Part shown: positions 40,357 through 49,722 of the stretch, one piece after another | Position numbering within the stretch: position 1 is the first letter of the stretch | Layout of the letters: the number at the start of each line of letters is the position of its first letter | NCBI GenBank assembly: GCA_963742615.1 | Contig: CAVUMS010000006.1 | Location: 38,877 to 102,876 of the forward strand | DNA from: an uncultured Thermoleophilia bacterium | GTDB taxonomy: Bacteria; Actinomycetota; Thermoleophilia; Gaiellales; Gaiellaceae | DNA length: 64,000 nt | Direction: 5' to 3' | The notes under the pieces: model-generated | The model's input: only the letters and a program-made list of their open reading frames with translations | What the model was told of the DNA's origin: nothing | Database searches by the model: none | Position numbers and translations under genes: made by a program

Positions 40357-41994
40357 TTACTTGCTCGCGTTCGACTCGCCGCGGGCGAGCGGGAACTCGG
40401 CCCGGAGCAGCGTCCCGGCGTTGCCCGAGCTCGAGATGCTGAGCGAGCCGCGGAGGGCCTCGACGCGGTCGGTGAGCCCGATCAGGCCGGTGCCGCGCTC
40501 GGGGTCGGCGCCGCCGCGACCGTTGTCCTGCACCATCACGACCAGCACATGCCCGTCGCGGCGCGCGCTCACGCGTGCGGACGCGGCCTCGGCGTGCTTG
40601 ACCACGTTCGTGAGCGCCTCGGCGACGACGTAGTAGGCCGCGACCTCGACCGTCGGGTGGAACCGCTCGTCGGCGACATGCTCGACCTGCACCTCGAGCG
40701 GCGCCCGCCGTGCGAGCGCCGCAATCGCCGGCGGCAGCCCGCCCTCGCTGAGGATCGGCGGATGGAGCCCGGTCGCGAGATGGCGCAGCTCGGACAGCGC
40801 CTCGCGGGCGTCGCGCTCCGCGGAGGCGAGCAGCTCGCCGATCGCGTCGTCGGTCACCTTGCGCCGCGCGACGCCGATCGAGAGCACGAGTGTGACGAGC
40901 CGTTGCTGCGCGCCGTCGTGCAGGTCGCGCTCGAGCCGGCGTCGCTCCTCGTCGGCGGCGGCGACGAGACGCGTGCGCGAGACCATCAGCTGCTCGCGCG
41001 CCTCGGCGCTCGCGACCGCCAGCGCGAGCAGCGCCGCGAACGGCGCGAGCCGGTGCTCGACGTCGTCGTTGAGCGGCTCGTCGGTGCCCGACGCGACGAT
41101 CACCGCGCCCCAGGGCTGGTTCGAGAGGAGCACGGGCGCGGCCGCGGCCGAGACGTAGCCCGCCTCGCGCATGCGCGTCGCCACGGCGCCCTCGCCGTAC
41201 GCGTCGACGCGCGCGGACGCGCCGGTCCGTTGCACCGCGCCGAACGCCGTGTCGTCGCCGACCGGCACCACCGACCCGACCGGGAACAGCTCCTCCTGCG
41301 AGGCGCAGCTCCAGCGCCCGACCACCGTGGCGCTCTCGGGGCCGTAGCGCACGACGGCAGCCGTGCGGACGCGGGCGAGCCTGCCGGTCTCGACCGCGAC
41401 CGCCTCGAAGATCAGCGCCGGATCGGCCTCGCCGGCGACGAGCGTCGCGACACGGCGAAGCGCCGCCTGCTCGCGGGCGAGCACCTCGACCTCGGCGAGC
41501 CGCTCCTCGAGCTCGCTGTGCAGTGCCTCCACCTGCGCGGCGGCGCGGTCGCGCTCCGAAAGGTCGAGCCCGACGGTGAGCAGGCCGGTGACCGTCCCGT
41601 CCTCGTCGGTGATCGGCCGGTTCGACCAGGCGATCTGGCGGCGCTCCCCGTCCTTCGTCAGCCAGTGGCCGACCTGCGGCCTCGACACCGCGATCTCGGC
41701 GAACTGCTCGAGGAAGACGCCGAACGCGTTGCGTTCCTCGGCCGGGATCACGACGTCCCGCGCGTCGCGGCCGATCACCTCGGCCGCGGTGAAGCCCGTC
41801 ACGCGCTCGCAGGCGTCGTCGAACGTGAGAATGCGGCCCGAGCGGTCGAGCTTGCAGACCATGCCGAGGCCGGTACGCGCGAGCACGTCGACGTACTCCT
41901 CCGGCGAGAGCAGTGAGACCTCTTGCATCTCCTGCGAAGGCATCGCACAACGGTACCGGCGAATGACGCCCGCGTCACCGCGGGGTAGCCTCAT
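40357..41994 (-). CDS. PAS-GAF sensor histidine kinase (HisKA_3 / NarL-partner type)
   Basis: Uninterrupted 545-aa ORF. It has a PAS region (RILTFDDACERVTGFTAAEVIGRDARDVV), a GAF-like region, the H-box DLHDGAQQRLVTL, and HATPase blocks (EALTNVVKHAEA..VQDNGRGGAD..GLIGLTDRVEALRGSL). The alternative start is MPSQEM at 41943. Confidence 0.85.
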   Translation of the reverse strand: MRLPRGDAGVIRRYRCAMPSQEMQEVSLLSPEEYVDVLARTGLGMVCKLDRSGRILTFDDACERVTGFTAAEVIGRDARDVVIPAEERNAFGVFLEQFAEIAVSRPQVGHWLTKDGERRQIAWSNRPITDEDGTVTGLLTVGLDLSERDRAAAQVEALHSELEERLAEVEVLAREQAALRRVATLVAGEADPALIFEAVAVETGRLARVRTAAVVRYGPESATVVGRWSCASQEELFPVGSVVPVGDDTAFGAVQRTGASARVDAYGEGAVATRMREAGYVSAAAAPVLLSNQPWGAVIVASGTDEPLNDDVEHRLAPFAALLALAVASAEAREQLMVSRTRLVAAADEERRRLERDLHDGAQQRLVTLVLSIGVARRKVTDDAIGELLASAERDAREALSELRHLATGLHPPILSEGGLPPAIAALARRAPLEVQVEHVADERFHPTVEVAAYYVVAEALTNVVKHAEAASARVSARRDGHVLVVMVQDNGRGGADPERGTGLIGLTDRVEALRGSLSISSSGNAGTLLRAEFPLARGESNASK

Positions 41995-41998
41995 CTCG

Positions 41999-42983
41999 AT
42001 GCCCGATCAGCATTCACCGGACGTGACCTTCATGTTCACCGATATCGAAGGCTCTACCGTGCTTCTGCAGCGGCTCGGCACCGACTACGCGGTCGTGCTG
42101 GAGCGGCACCGCGAGCTGATCCACGGCGCCGTCACCCTGAACGGCGGGCCGGGTCGTGGACTGCCGCGGCGACGAGTCGTTCGCGGCGTTCGCCGACGGC
42201 GCGTCGGCCGCCGCGGCGGCCGTGGCTGCGCAGCTGGCGCTGCTCGGCGAGCGTTGGCCGGAGGGCGTCCAGGTGCGCGTGCGCATGGGCCTGCACCGCG
42301 GTCGGGCGCAGGTGGTGGGTGACGGGTTCGTGGGCATGGCGGTGCACCACGCCGCGCGTGTGAGCGCGACGGCCCGCGGCAGCGAGATCCTCGCGTCGGC
42401 CGAGACGGTCGAGTACGCCGGGCTCGAGATCGTCGACCTCGGCGAGCACCAGCTGAAAGGGGTGCCGCGGCGCACGCGGCTCGTCCGCGTGCTCGCGCCG
42501 GGCCTCCCGGCCGACTTCCCGTCGCTCGGCGACACCGGCGCGCCCCCTGCGAGCGTCGTCCGCGTCGCGCTCGCCGACGACTCGGTGCTGTTGCGCGAGG
42601 GGATCGCGCGCCTGCTCGAGGAGGAGGGCTTCGAGATCGTCGGCCAGTCCGGTACGGCCGAGGACCTGCTCGTGCTGATCGACGAGACGCTGCCCGACGT
42701 CGCGATCGTCGACATCCGCATGCCGCCGACGAACACCGACGAGGGCCTGCGCGCCGCGCGCGAGATCCGCCGCCGGCACCCGCACACCGGCGTGCTGCTG
42801 CTCTCGCAGTACGTCGAGCTCGAGAACGCAGTCGAGCTGCTCGCCGACGACGCGACCGGTGTCGGCTACCTCCTGAAGGACCGCGTTGCCGACGTCGAGG
42901 AGTTCACGCAGTCGATCCGCCGCGTCGCCGAGGGCGGCGTGGCCGTCGACGTCGAGATCCTCGACCAGCTGCGAACGGCGTAG
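41999..42983 (+). pseudogene. Class III cyclase domain fused to a NarL-type receiver domain, no HTH; one frameshift at 42149/42150
   Basis: ATG 41999 gives MPDQHSPDVTFMFTDIEGSTVLLQRLG..TLNGG. After one extra C the sequence continues RVVDCRGDESFAAF..GLHRG..GMAVHHAARV..LGEHQLKGV (ORF 42156..42983). The receiver domain follows (VRVALADDSVLLREGIARLLEEEGFEIV..DVAIVDIRMPP..LLLSQY..GYLLKD) and the protein stops right after RRVAEGGVAVDVEILDQL. Confidence 0.75.
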
Positions 42984-42989
42984 CGCCGG

Positions 42990-44109
42990 TTAGCCCCAGA
43001 CCTCCTCGGCGACCTCGACGATCAGGCGCAGCTTGCGCCACTGCTCGTCCTCGGTCAGCCCGTTGCCCTCGACCGTCGACGAGAAGCCGCACTGCGGCGA
43101 CAGGCAGAGCTGCTCGAGCGGCGCGAACCGCGCCGCCTGCTCGATCCGCCGCTTCAGCTCGTCCTTCGACTCGAGCTCGCCGCGCTTCGTCGTCACGAGC
43201 CCGAGCACGACGCACTTCTCGCCCTTCGGCAGGAAGCGCAGCGGCTCGAAGCCGCCCGAGCGCTCGTCGTCCCACTCCATGAAGAACCCGTCGACCTCGA
43301 GCTCGTTGAGCAGCGCCTCCGCGACGAAGTCGTAGCCGCCCTCGGCCGCCCACGACGAGCGGAAGTTGCCGCGGCACATGTGCGTCGTCACCGTCATGCC
43401 CGTCCGGCCGTCCGGCGAGCGCCTCGTTGATGTGACGGATGTACTCGACGTGCTGGCGCTCCGGGTCGCCGCCGATCGACGCGACGTACTCGCGCTGGTG
43501 CGGGTCGTTCATGTAGGCGAGGCTCGTGTCGTCGAACTGCAGGTAGGTGCAGCCGAGCTCGCCGAGCCGGCGCACCTCCTCGGCGTACGCGGCGGTGAGG
43601 TCGGCCCAGAACGCGTCGAGCTCCGGGTAGACCGACTGCGTCGATCGCCGCCTTGCCGCCGCGGTAGTGGACCATGCTCGGCGACGGGATCGTCAGCTTG
43701 GGCACGTTCGCGTCACCGACTCGCGCAGGAAGGCGAAGTCGTCGCCGAAGATCGTCTCCGAGACGCCGAGCTTGCCGTCGACGTGCAGCGCGGCCGGCGT
43801 GAACTCGATGTCGCCGTCCTCGTTGTGGAACGCGACCGCGATGTGCCCCGCCTCCTTCGTGATCCCGTCGAGCGGGTAGATGAAGTCCATGTGCCAGGAG
43901 GCGCGGCGGAACTCGCCGTCGGTGGCCGACTGCAGCCCGACCTCCTCCTGCCTGCGCACGACGTCGCGGATCGCGTCGTCCTCGACCGCGCGCAGCTCGC
44001 CGCGTCGATGTCGCCGTGCGCGAAGTCGTCGCGCGCCTGGAGCAGCCGCGTGCGGGCGCAGCAGGCTGCCGACGTGGTCGGCCCGGAACGGCGGCTTCGT
44101 CCGCGGCAC
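42990..44109 (-). pseudogene. Cobalamin-independent methionine synthase II family (MetE C-terminal-domain-like) protein, multiple frameshifts
   Basis: GTG 44109 gives VPRTKPPFRADHVGSLLRP. Further blocks are QEEVGLQSATDGEFRRASWHMDFIYPLDGI, NVPKLTIPSPSMVHYRGG, LGCTYLQFDDTSLAYMNDP and TTHMCRGNFRSSWAAEGGYDFVAEALLNELEVDGFFMEWDDERSGGFEPLRFLP..CLSPQCGFSST (ORF 42990..43397). Confidence 0.75.
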
Positions 44110-44123
44110 GACGCGATCCCCTA

Positions 44124-47100
44124 CTAGGCGGAACGAGACGCGGTCGCCCGCACGACCGCCTCGGCCTCGGCGATGCGCGGCCCGGCCCCCGCCCGGCGGA
44201 AGAACGCGGCGGCCGCGCGCGCCTCGGCCTCGGGATCGACGGCGTCGCCGGACCTGGCGAGCCGCAGCCGCGATTCCGCCTCGTGGAGCTCGTCTCCCGC
44301 CTCCCGGTACCGATCGGCAGCGGCCGAGTAGTCGCCGCGCGCGAACGCCTCGGCGGCGGGGCCCCAGGGCGAGTCCCGGATGTCGGCCGCAATCCGCCCG
44401 AAGTCTTCGGAGCGCCCGAGCAGATCGAGGGCGAGGGCGGCGTCCGCAAAGGCGGCGTCGCCCCGGTCGGCCACGGCGATGAACTCGTCGAGGAGCGGGT
44501 GTGCCTCCGCCGCGCGGCCGGCCCGGACGAGCACGCACGCGTGCGTCACGAGCGCCGGGAGGACGACCTGGTGGTCGCGCGCCGCGCGTGCCAGCTCGAG
44601 CCCGCGTACCGACTCCCGGACGCCCTCGTCAGGCTCCCCCCGCTCCGCCTTGATGCGACCGAGGAGCAGGTGGGCCGGAGTTTCCATGTAGTGGTCGCGC
44701 TCCCCGAGCCCGTCGACGAAGGCGCGGACGTGCTGCAGCGCGGCGTCCCAGTCGCCCCGAAGGCACTCGAGCCAGGCGAGCTCGACGTCGAACCAGCCGA
44801 CGTGGAACGTGTCGCCGAACCTGGTCGCGACGACGCGACCTTCCTCGGCGACTGCGCGGGCGCGCTCGAGCTCGGCATGCACTGCGACAAGGGACTGGAG
44901 GTTCTTGTAGCCGCGCACGACGACCGTCCCGTGGTTGAGGCGTCGCGCGAGGTCGAGCCCCTCCTCGATCTGTCCCAGGCCCTCGCGCTCGCCGTCCACT
45001 CCCCGGATCGAGCCGATCGTGATCAGCGCGTCGGCGCAAAGCCATTCCGCGCCGATCTGCCGCCCGATGTCGAGCTCGAGTGTCGCGTGGCGGATCGCGT
45101 CCTCGCTCATGCCGTCGAGCATGAGGTTGATCGCGTACTCGCCGTGGATGAATGCGCTCGTCGTGGAGGGCGGCCGGTCCTCGAGCAGCGCGAGCCCCTC
45201 GCGGAGCAATCTCCGTGCGTCCTCTGCACGCCCCCGGTTGAAGGCGACCCAGCCGCGGGCGGCCATCGCATCCGCCGCCTCCTCGACCTTCCCGGCGGCG
45301 AGCAACCGCTCGGTCGCTTCCGCGAGCTCGGCGTCCGCGTCGAGGCCGGCACGCGACGCAGCGCGCCCGTACCGCCACAGGAGCTGGGCACGCTCGGGGT
45401 CCTCCGCCGGCGTCAGCGAGAGCGCGCGGCCGTACAGCTCCCCGGCGGCGTCGACGGCTCCGAGCCGGAAGGCACGCTCGGCGGCCACGACGAGCGCGGT
45501 CCGCGCATGCGCGTCGAGCTCGGGATCGGACCGCCCCGCTGCGCGCGTCAGCTCGAGCGCCTGCAGCCAGTGGTACGCGGCGACCTCGGCGTGGTCCTCG
45601 CTTCGCTCGACGGAGAGCTGCTGGATCCACTCGGCGGCCTCGCGGTGCTTGCGCGCGCGATCGATCCGCGGGATCTGGCCGTAGGCAACGTCACGGACGA
45701 GCGCATGCCCGAAGACGTACTCCGTCTCCTCACCTACCGAGCTGCGGCGCTCCCGCCGCACGAATCCCTTTCTCCCCAGTGCGTGCAGAAGCACCTCGAG
45801 CTCGCGCCGCTCGGTGTCCTCCCCGTCGAGGGCGCCGAGCCAGAACACCTTCCCGACGACGGCGGCGTCCTGCAGCAGCTGCTTCTCGGCCGCCGGCAGC
45901 CCGTCGAGGCGAGCGGCGATGATCCCCTGCAGCGTCTCCGGCAGCGGCAGCTCCTCGGCCCCGGCGAGCTCCCACCCTCTCGCACCGCGGACGAGGAGGC
46001 CGCGGTCGACGAGCATCCGCACGTACTGCTCGGCGTACAGCGGGTTGCCCTCGGCCCGCTCGAGCAACACGTGCTGGAGCGCGGCCGGCAGCAGCGGCTG
46101 CTCGAGCAGCGTCGCCACGAGCCGCGCCGAGTCCTCCGGCCCGAGCGGCGAGAGCGCGAGCGTGACCGCGTTGAGCTTTCCGCCACCCCACGCCGGCCGC
46201 CGCTCGAGCAGCTCCGGGCGCGCCGAGCAGACGACGAGCAGCGGCACGCCCCCGGCCCACTCGACGAGGTAGTCGACGAAGTCGAGCAGCCCGTCGTCGG
46301 CCCAGTGGAGGTCCTCGAACACGAGCACGACCGGGCGCTGCTCCGCCAGCGACTCGAAGTAGAGACGCCAGGCGCCGAAGGCATCCGCGCTCGACCCCGA
46401 CTCACCGGCCAGGCCGACGAGCGGACGCAGGTGCGACGTCACCCAGTCGCGGTCCTCGGGCGGAACGGCCACGGCGACAGCCGCGTCGAGCTTCTCGCTC
46501 GCGACGTCGGCGACATCGGTCTCGAGCATGCCCGCCTGCGCCTTGACCATCTCGCCGAGCGCCCAGAACGCGATCCCGTCGCCGTACGGGAGACATCGCC
46601 CCTGGCGCCAGGTGATCAGGTCGGGATCGTCGTCGACGATCCCGAACAGCTCCCAGACGAGGCGGCTCTTGCCGATCCCCGGGACGCCGATCAGCGTCAC
46701 CAGCTGCGGCGCGAGCTCGGTGCGGACGCGGGCGAGTGCCTGCGCCAGCACGTCGCGCTCGCGCTCACGGCCGACCAGCGGCGTGCGCACGTCGAGCAGC
46801 ACGTCGACCCCGAAGCTCGACCGAACCGCGGCGACCTCCCAAACCGCGATCGGATCTGCCTTTCCCTTGGCGACGACCGGGTCGCGCGGCTGGAGGTCGA
46901 ACGCCGGCTCGACCGCCCGCCGGGTCGGCTCGTCGACGAGGATCCCGTCCTCGGGCGCCTCGGACTGCAGGCGCGCGGCCGTGTTCACGACATCGCCCGC
47001 GGCCATCCCCTGACCGGCGTCCGGCCGCGCGTCGAGGGTGACGAGCGCCTCGCCGGTGGTGATCCCGACGCGGACGTGCAGGTCGCGACCGGGATCGGCC

Positions 47101-47471
47101 TCGTTCAGCTCGAGGATCGCCCCCCGGATCTCCAGCGCCGCCCTGACGGCGCGCTCCGGGTCGTCCTCGTGCGCGATCGGCGCCCCGAAGAGCGCCATCA
47201 CCGCGTCGCCGATGAACTTCTCGACCGTCCCGCCGTGCCGCTCGAGCTCGTGCTTGAGCCGCGAGTGGTAGGCCTCGAGAATCGCGCCGACGTCCTCGGG
47301 GTCGAGCGACTCCGCGCGGCTCGTGAACCCGACGAGATCGGCGAACAGCACGGTCACGACCTTGCGCTCCTGGCGCAGCTCCCCACCGGCGAGCGACGCC
47401 CCGCATGCGAGGCAGAAACGCGCCGCCTCCGGATTCTCTTGCCCGCACCGACCGCAAACCGCCATGGGCAC
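44124..47471 (-). CDS. Zinc-ribbon / class III cyclase / AAA(STAND) ATPase / TPR multidomain protein
   Basis: Uninterrupted 1115-aa ORF. Domains in order are a zinc ribbon (CGRCGQENPEAARFCLACG), the cyclase (VTVLFADLVGFTSRAE..KFIGDAVMALFGAP..GITTGEALV..GDVVNTAARL), a P-loop (LIGVPGIGKSRL), Walker B (VLVFEDLHWADDG) and long helical/TPR repeats. There is no HTH at the C-terminus, which ends in a double stop. Confidence 0.9.
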   Translation of the reverse strand: MPMAVCGRCGQENPEAARFCLACGASLAGGELRQERKVVTVLFADLVGFTSRAESLDPEDVGAILEAYHSRLKHELERHGGTVEKFIGDAVMALFGAPIAHEDDPERAVRAALEIRGAILELNEADPGRDLHVRVGITTGEALVTLDARPDAGQGMAAGDVVNTAARLQSEAPEDGILVDEPTRRAVEPAFDLQPRDPVVAKGKADPIAVWEVAAVRSSFGVDVLLDVRTPLVGRERERDVLAQALARVRTELAPQLVTLIGVPGIGKSRLVWELFGIVDDDPDLITWRQGRCLPYGDGIAFWALGEMVKAQAGMLETDVADVASEKLDAAVAVAVPPEDRDWVTSHLRPLVGLAGESGSSADAFGAWRLYFESLAEQRPVVLVFEDLHWADDGLLDFVDYLVEWAGGVPLLVVCSARPELLERRPAWGGGKLNAVTLALSPLGPEDSARLVATLLEQPLLPAALQHVLLERAEGNPLYAEQYVRMLVDRGLLVRGARGWELAGAEELPLPETLQGIIAARLDGLPAAEKQLLQDAAVVGKVFWLGALDGEDTERRELEVLLHALGRKGFVRRERRSSVGEETEYVFGHALVRDVAYGQIPRIDRARKHREAAEWIQQLSVERSEDHAEVAAYHWLQALELTRAAGRSDPELDAHARTALVVAAERAFRLGAVDAAGELYGRALSLTPAEDPERAQLLWRYGRAASRAGLDADAELAEATERLLAAGKVEEAADAMAARGWVAFNRGRAEDARRLLREGLALLEDRPPSTTSAFIHGEYAINLMLDGMSEDAIRHATLELDIGRQIGAEWLCADALITIGSIRGVDGEREGLGQIEEGLDLARRLNHGTVVVRGYKNLQSLVAVHAELERARAVAEEGRVVATRFGDTFHVGWFDVELAWLECLRGDWDAALQHVRAFVDGLGERDHYMETPAHLLLGRIKAERGEPDEGVRESVRGLELARAARDHQVVLPALVTHACVLVRAGRAAEAHPLLDEFIAVADRGDAAFADAALALDLLGRSEDFGRIAADIRDSPWGPAAEAFARGDYSAAADRYREAGDELHEAESRLRLARSGDAVDPEAEARAAAAFFRRAGAGPRIAEAEAVVRATASRSA

Positions 47472-47474
47472 AGC

Positions 47475-48650
47475 CTACGGCGGCAGCTCGAGCCCGACGT
47501 AGTTCTCGGCGAGCGACCGCGCCGCGGCCTCGGACGTGACGACGTAGCGGAGCTGCGAGAGCTGCAGCTGCAGGTCGAACGGGTCGTCGCCGAGGTGGTG
47601 CAGCATCGACGTCATCCACCACGAGAAGTGCTCGGCGCGCCAGACGCGGCGCAGGCACTGCTCCGAGTACGCGTCGAGCGGGACGGCGTCGCCGCTCGCG
47701 TACCAGCGCTCGAGCGCGCTCGCGAGAATCGTGACGTCGGTGATCGCGAGGTTCAGCCCCTTCGCGCCGGTCGGCGGGACGATGTGCGCCGCGTCGCCGG
47801 CGAGGAAGAGCCGCCCGTGCTGCATCGGCTCGACGACGAAGCTGCGCATCCCGGTGACGCCCTTCTCGAGCACCGGGCCCTCGTTCAGCGTCCAGCCGTC
47901 GAGCGCGGTGCGCAGCGCGCAGCTCCTCCCAGATGCGCTCGTCGGGCCACTCCGCGAGGTCCTCGTCCGGCCGGCACTGCACGTAGCAGGCGGCTCAGCG
48001 CCGGCGAGCGCAGGCTGAGCAGCGCGAAGCCGCGCTCGTGGTGCGCGTAGACGAGCTCGTCGCTCGACGGCGGCGCCTCCGCGAGGATGCCGAGCCAGCC
48101 GAACGGGTACTCGCGCGAGAACGCGCGCAGGACGCGCGTCGATCGCCGGCCGGCAGACGCCGTGGAAGCCGTCGCAGCCGGCGATGACGTCGCAGTCGAG
48201 GCGTGCTGGCTCGCCCTCGTGGTCGAAGGTGACGAACGGGGCCGTCGGACTCGAGGTCGTGGACGTCGACGTCGCTCGACCTCGAACAGGAGCGGCAGCG
48301 CGGCGTCGAGGCGCGCTGCGATCAGATCCTTCACGACCTCCGTCTGGCCGTAGATCACGATGTGGCGGCCGCCGGTCAGCTCGCTCAGCGGCAGGTGGTG
48401 CCGCTCGCCCGCGAACTGCAGGTGGATGCCGCCGTGGACGATCCCCTCGCGCTGCAGCCGCTCCCCCGACGCCCGCGCCGGTGAGCAGGTCGACCGTTCC
48501 CTGCTCGAGCACGCCTGCGCGGATCCGCTGCTCGACGTAGTCGCGGCTCCGGTTCTCGAGCACGACGGACTCGATCCCGGCGCGGTGCAGGAGCTGGGCG
48601 AGCGTCAGGCCGGCCGGCCCGGCGCCGACGATCGCGACCTGCGTGCGCAT
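47475..48650 (-). pseudogene. pobA: 4-hydroxybenzoate 3-monooxygenase, multiple frameshifts
   Basis: ATG 48650 gives MRTQVAIVGAGPAGLTLAQLLHRAGIESVVLENRSRDYVEQRIRAGVLEQGTVDLL. Further blocks are MIYGQTEVVKDLIAARLDAALPLLFEV (ORF 47885..48358) and GVTGMRSFVVEPMQHGRLFLAGDAAHIVPPTGAKGLNLAITDV..WRAEHFSWWMTSMLH (ORF 47475..48806). Confidence 0.85.
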
Positions 48651-48655
48651 CCTCG

Positions 48656-49029
48656 TCACACCGCGCCTTCCTCCTGCAGCACACGGCTCGCGATGGCGAA
48701 CGCGCTGTTCGCGGCCGGGACGCCGCAGTAGACCGCCGCCTGCAGGAGCACCTCCGTGATCTCGTCGCACGGTCAGGCCGTTTCGCAGCGCCGCGCGCAC
48801 GTGCATCGCGAGCTCCTCGTGGCGGCCGAGCGCGACCAGCGCCGTGAGCGTGATGCAGCTGCGCGTCCGGCGGTCGAGGCCCGGCCGCGTCCAGATCTCG
48901 CCCCAGGCGTAGCGGGTGATCAGGTCCTGGAAGTCGGCGTGTGAAGGCGTTCGTCTGCTCGATCGCGCGGTCGACGTGCTCGTCGCCGAGCACCTCGCGC
49001 CGGACGCGCATGCCGTCGTCGTCGCTCAC
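48656..49029 (-). pseudogene. pcaC: 4-carboxymuconolactone decarboxylase, frameshifted
   Basis: MSDDDGMRVRREVLGDEHVDRAIEQTNAFT (ORF 48385..49029) continues in shifted frames as DFQDLITRYAWGEIWTRPGLDRRTRS..LVALGRHEELAMHVRAALRNGLT..EVLLQAAVYCGVPAANSAF. The stop at 48656-48658 was assigned by frame arithmetic. Confidence 0.75.
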
Positions 49030-49722
49030 AGGAACTCCTCCAGCAGTCGGTTGAACTCGGCCGGGCGCTCGACGTTCGCGAGGTGCGCGGCGCCTCGGAG
49101 ATCACCGCGAAGCGCGCGCCGGCGATCGCCGCGGCGAGCAGCTCCGATCTCGGCGGGCGGCGCGGTCGGGTCCTCGGCGCCCGCGACGCACGAGCGTCGG
49201 CGTCGTCGATCCGCCCGAGCGCGGCGCCGACGTCCCAGCGGGCGAGCGCCTCGCAGCAGCGTGCGTAGCCCTCGGGCGCGGTCGCGAGGATCATCTCGCG
49301 GTACGCGGGAACGCCGTCGAACGCCGGCGTGAACCAGCGCGCCGAGCACCGCGTCGACGATCGCCTCCAGCCCCTCCGCGCGCACGGTCTCGGCGCGCTC
49401 GAGCCACTGCGCGGGCTCGCCGAAGCGCGCAGACGGTGCACGCGAGCGACGAGCCGCTCGAGCCGCTCGGGCGCGTCGAGCGCGAGCCGCATGCCCGACG
49501 CAGCCGCCGAGCGAGAGCCCGACGAAGGAGAACGTGCCTTCGACCTGGTCGAGGACGCGGCGCGGCGAGATCGCCGACGTCGCGCGACCTCGACGAGCGG
49601 CGCGCCGCCGTGGCCCGGGTGGTCGATGCGAACGACGTCGTCGCCCCACGAGCGCGGGCGCCTGCGCGTCCCAGATCCGCGAGGTCGACGCCGAGCGAGC
49701 CGCAGAGGACGACCGCGCTCAC
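49026..49722 (-). pseudogene. pcaD: 3-oxoadipate enol-lactonase, multiple frameshifts
   Basis: MSAVVLCGSLG (ORF 49291..49722) is followed by DDVVRIDHPGHGG, FSFVGLSLGGCVG (nucleophile elbow), RFGEPAQWLERAETVRAEGLEAIVDAVLG and AEDPTAPPAEI..GAAHLANVERPAEFNRLLEEFL (ORF 49026..49649). Confidence 0.8.

Noticed and set aside
44124-47471. Calling the STAND ATPase an Avs-like antiphage sensor.
   Set aside because: The N-terminal module is a class III cyclase with a zinc ribbon, and the overall layout matches the common actinobacterial cyclase/ATPase/TPR regulator type. There is no nuclease or other known defence effector and no defence-gene neighbours. I cannot support the call from sequence alone.
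44016-48050. A 1344-aa plus-strand ORF antisense to the STAND/cyclase gene. Similar long shadow ORFs include 8612..12109, 1072..2718, 1380..3188, 5176..6864, 16038..18332, 35907..37604 and 39907..41916.
   Set aside because: They are low-complexity, Arg/Ala/Pro/Gly-dominated translations with no recognisable motifs, and each lies opposite or out of frame to a well-supported gene. This is the expected behaviour of non-coding frames above 70% GC.
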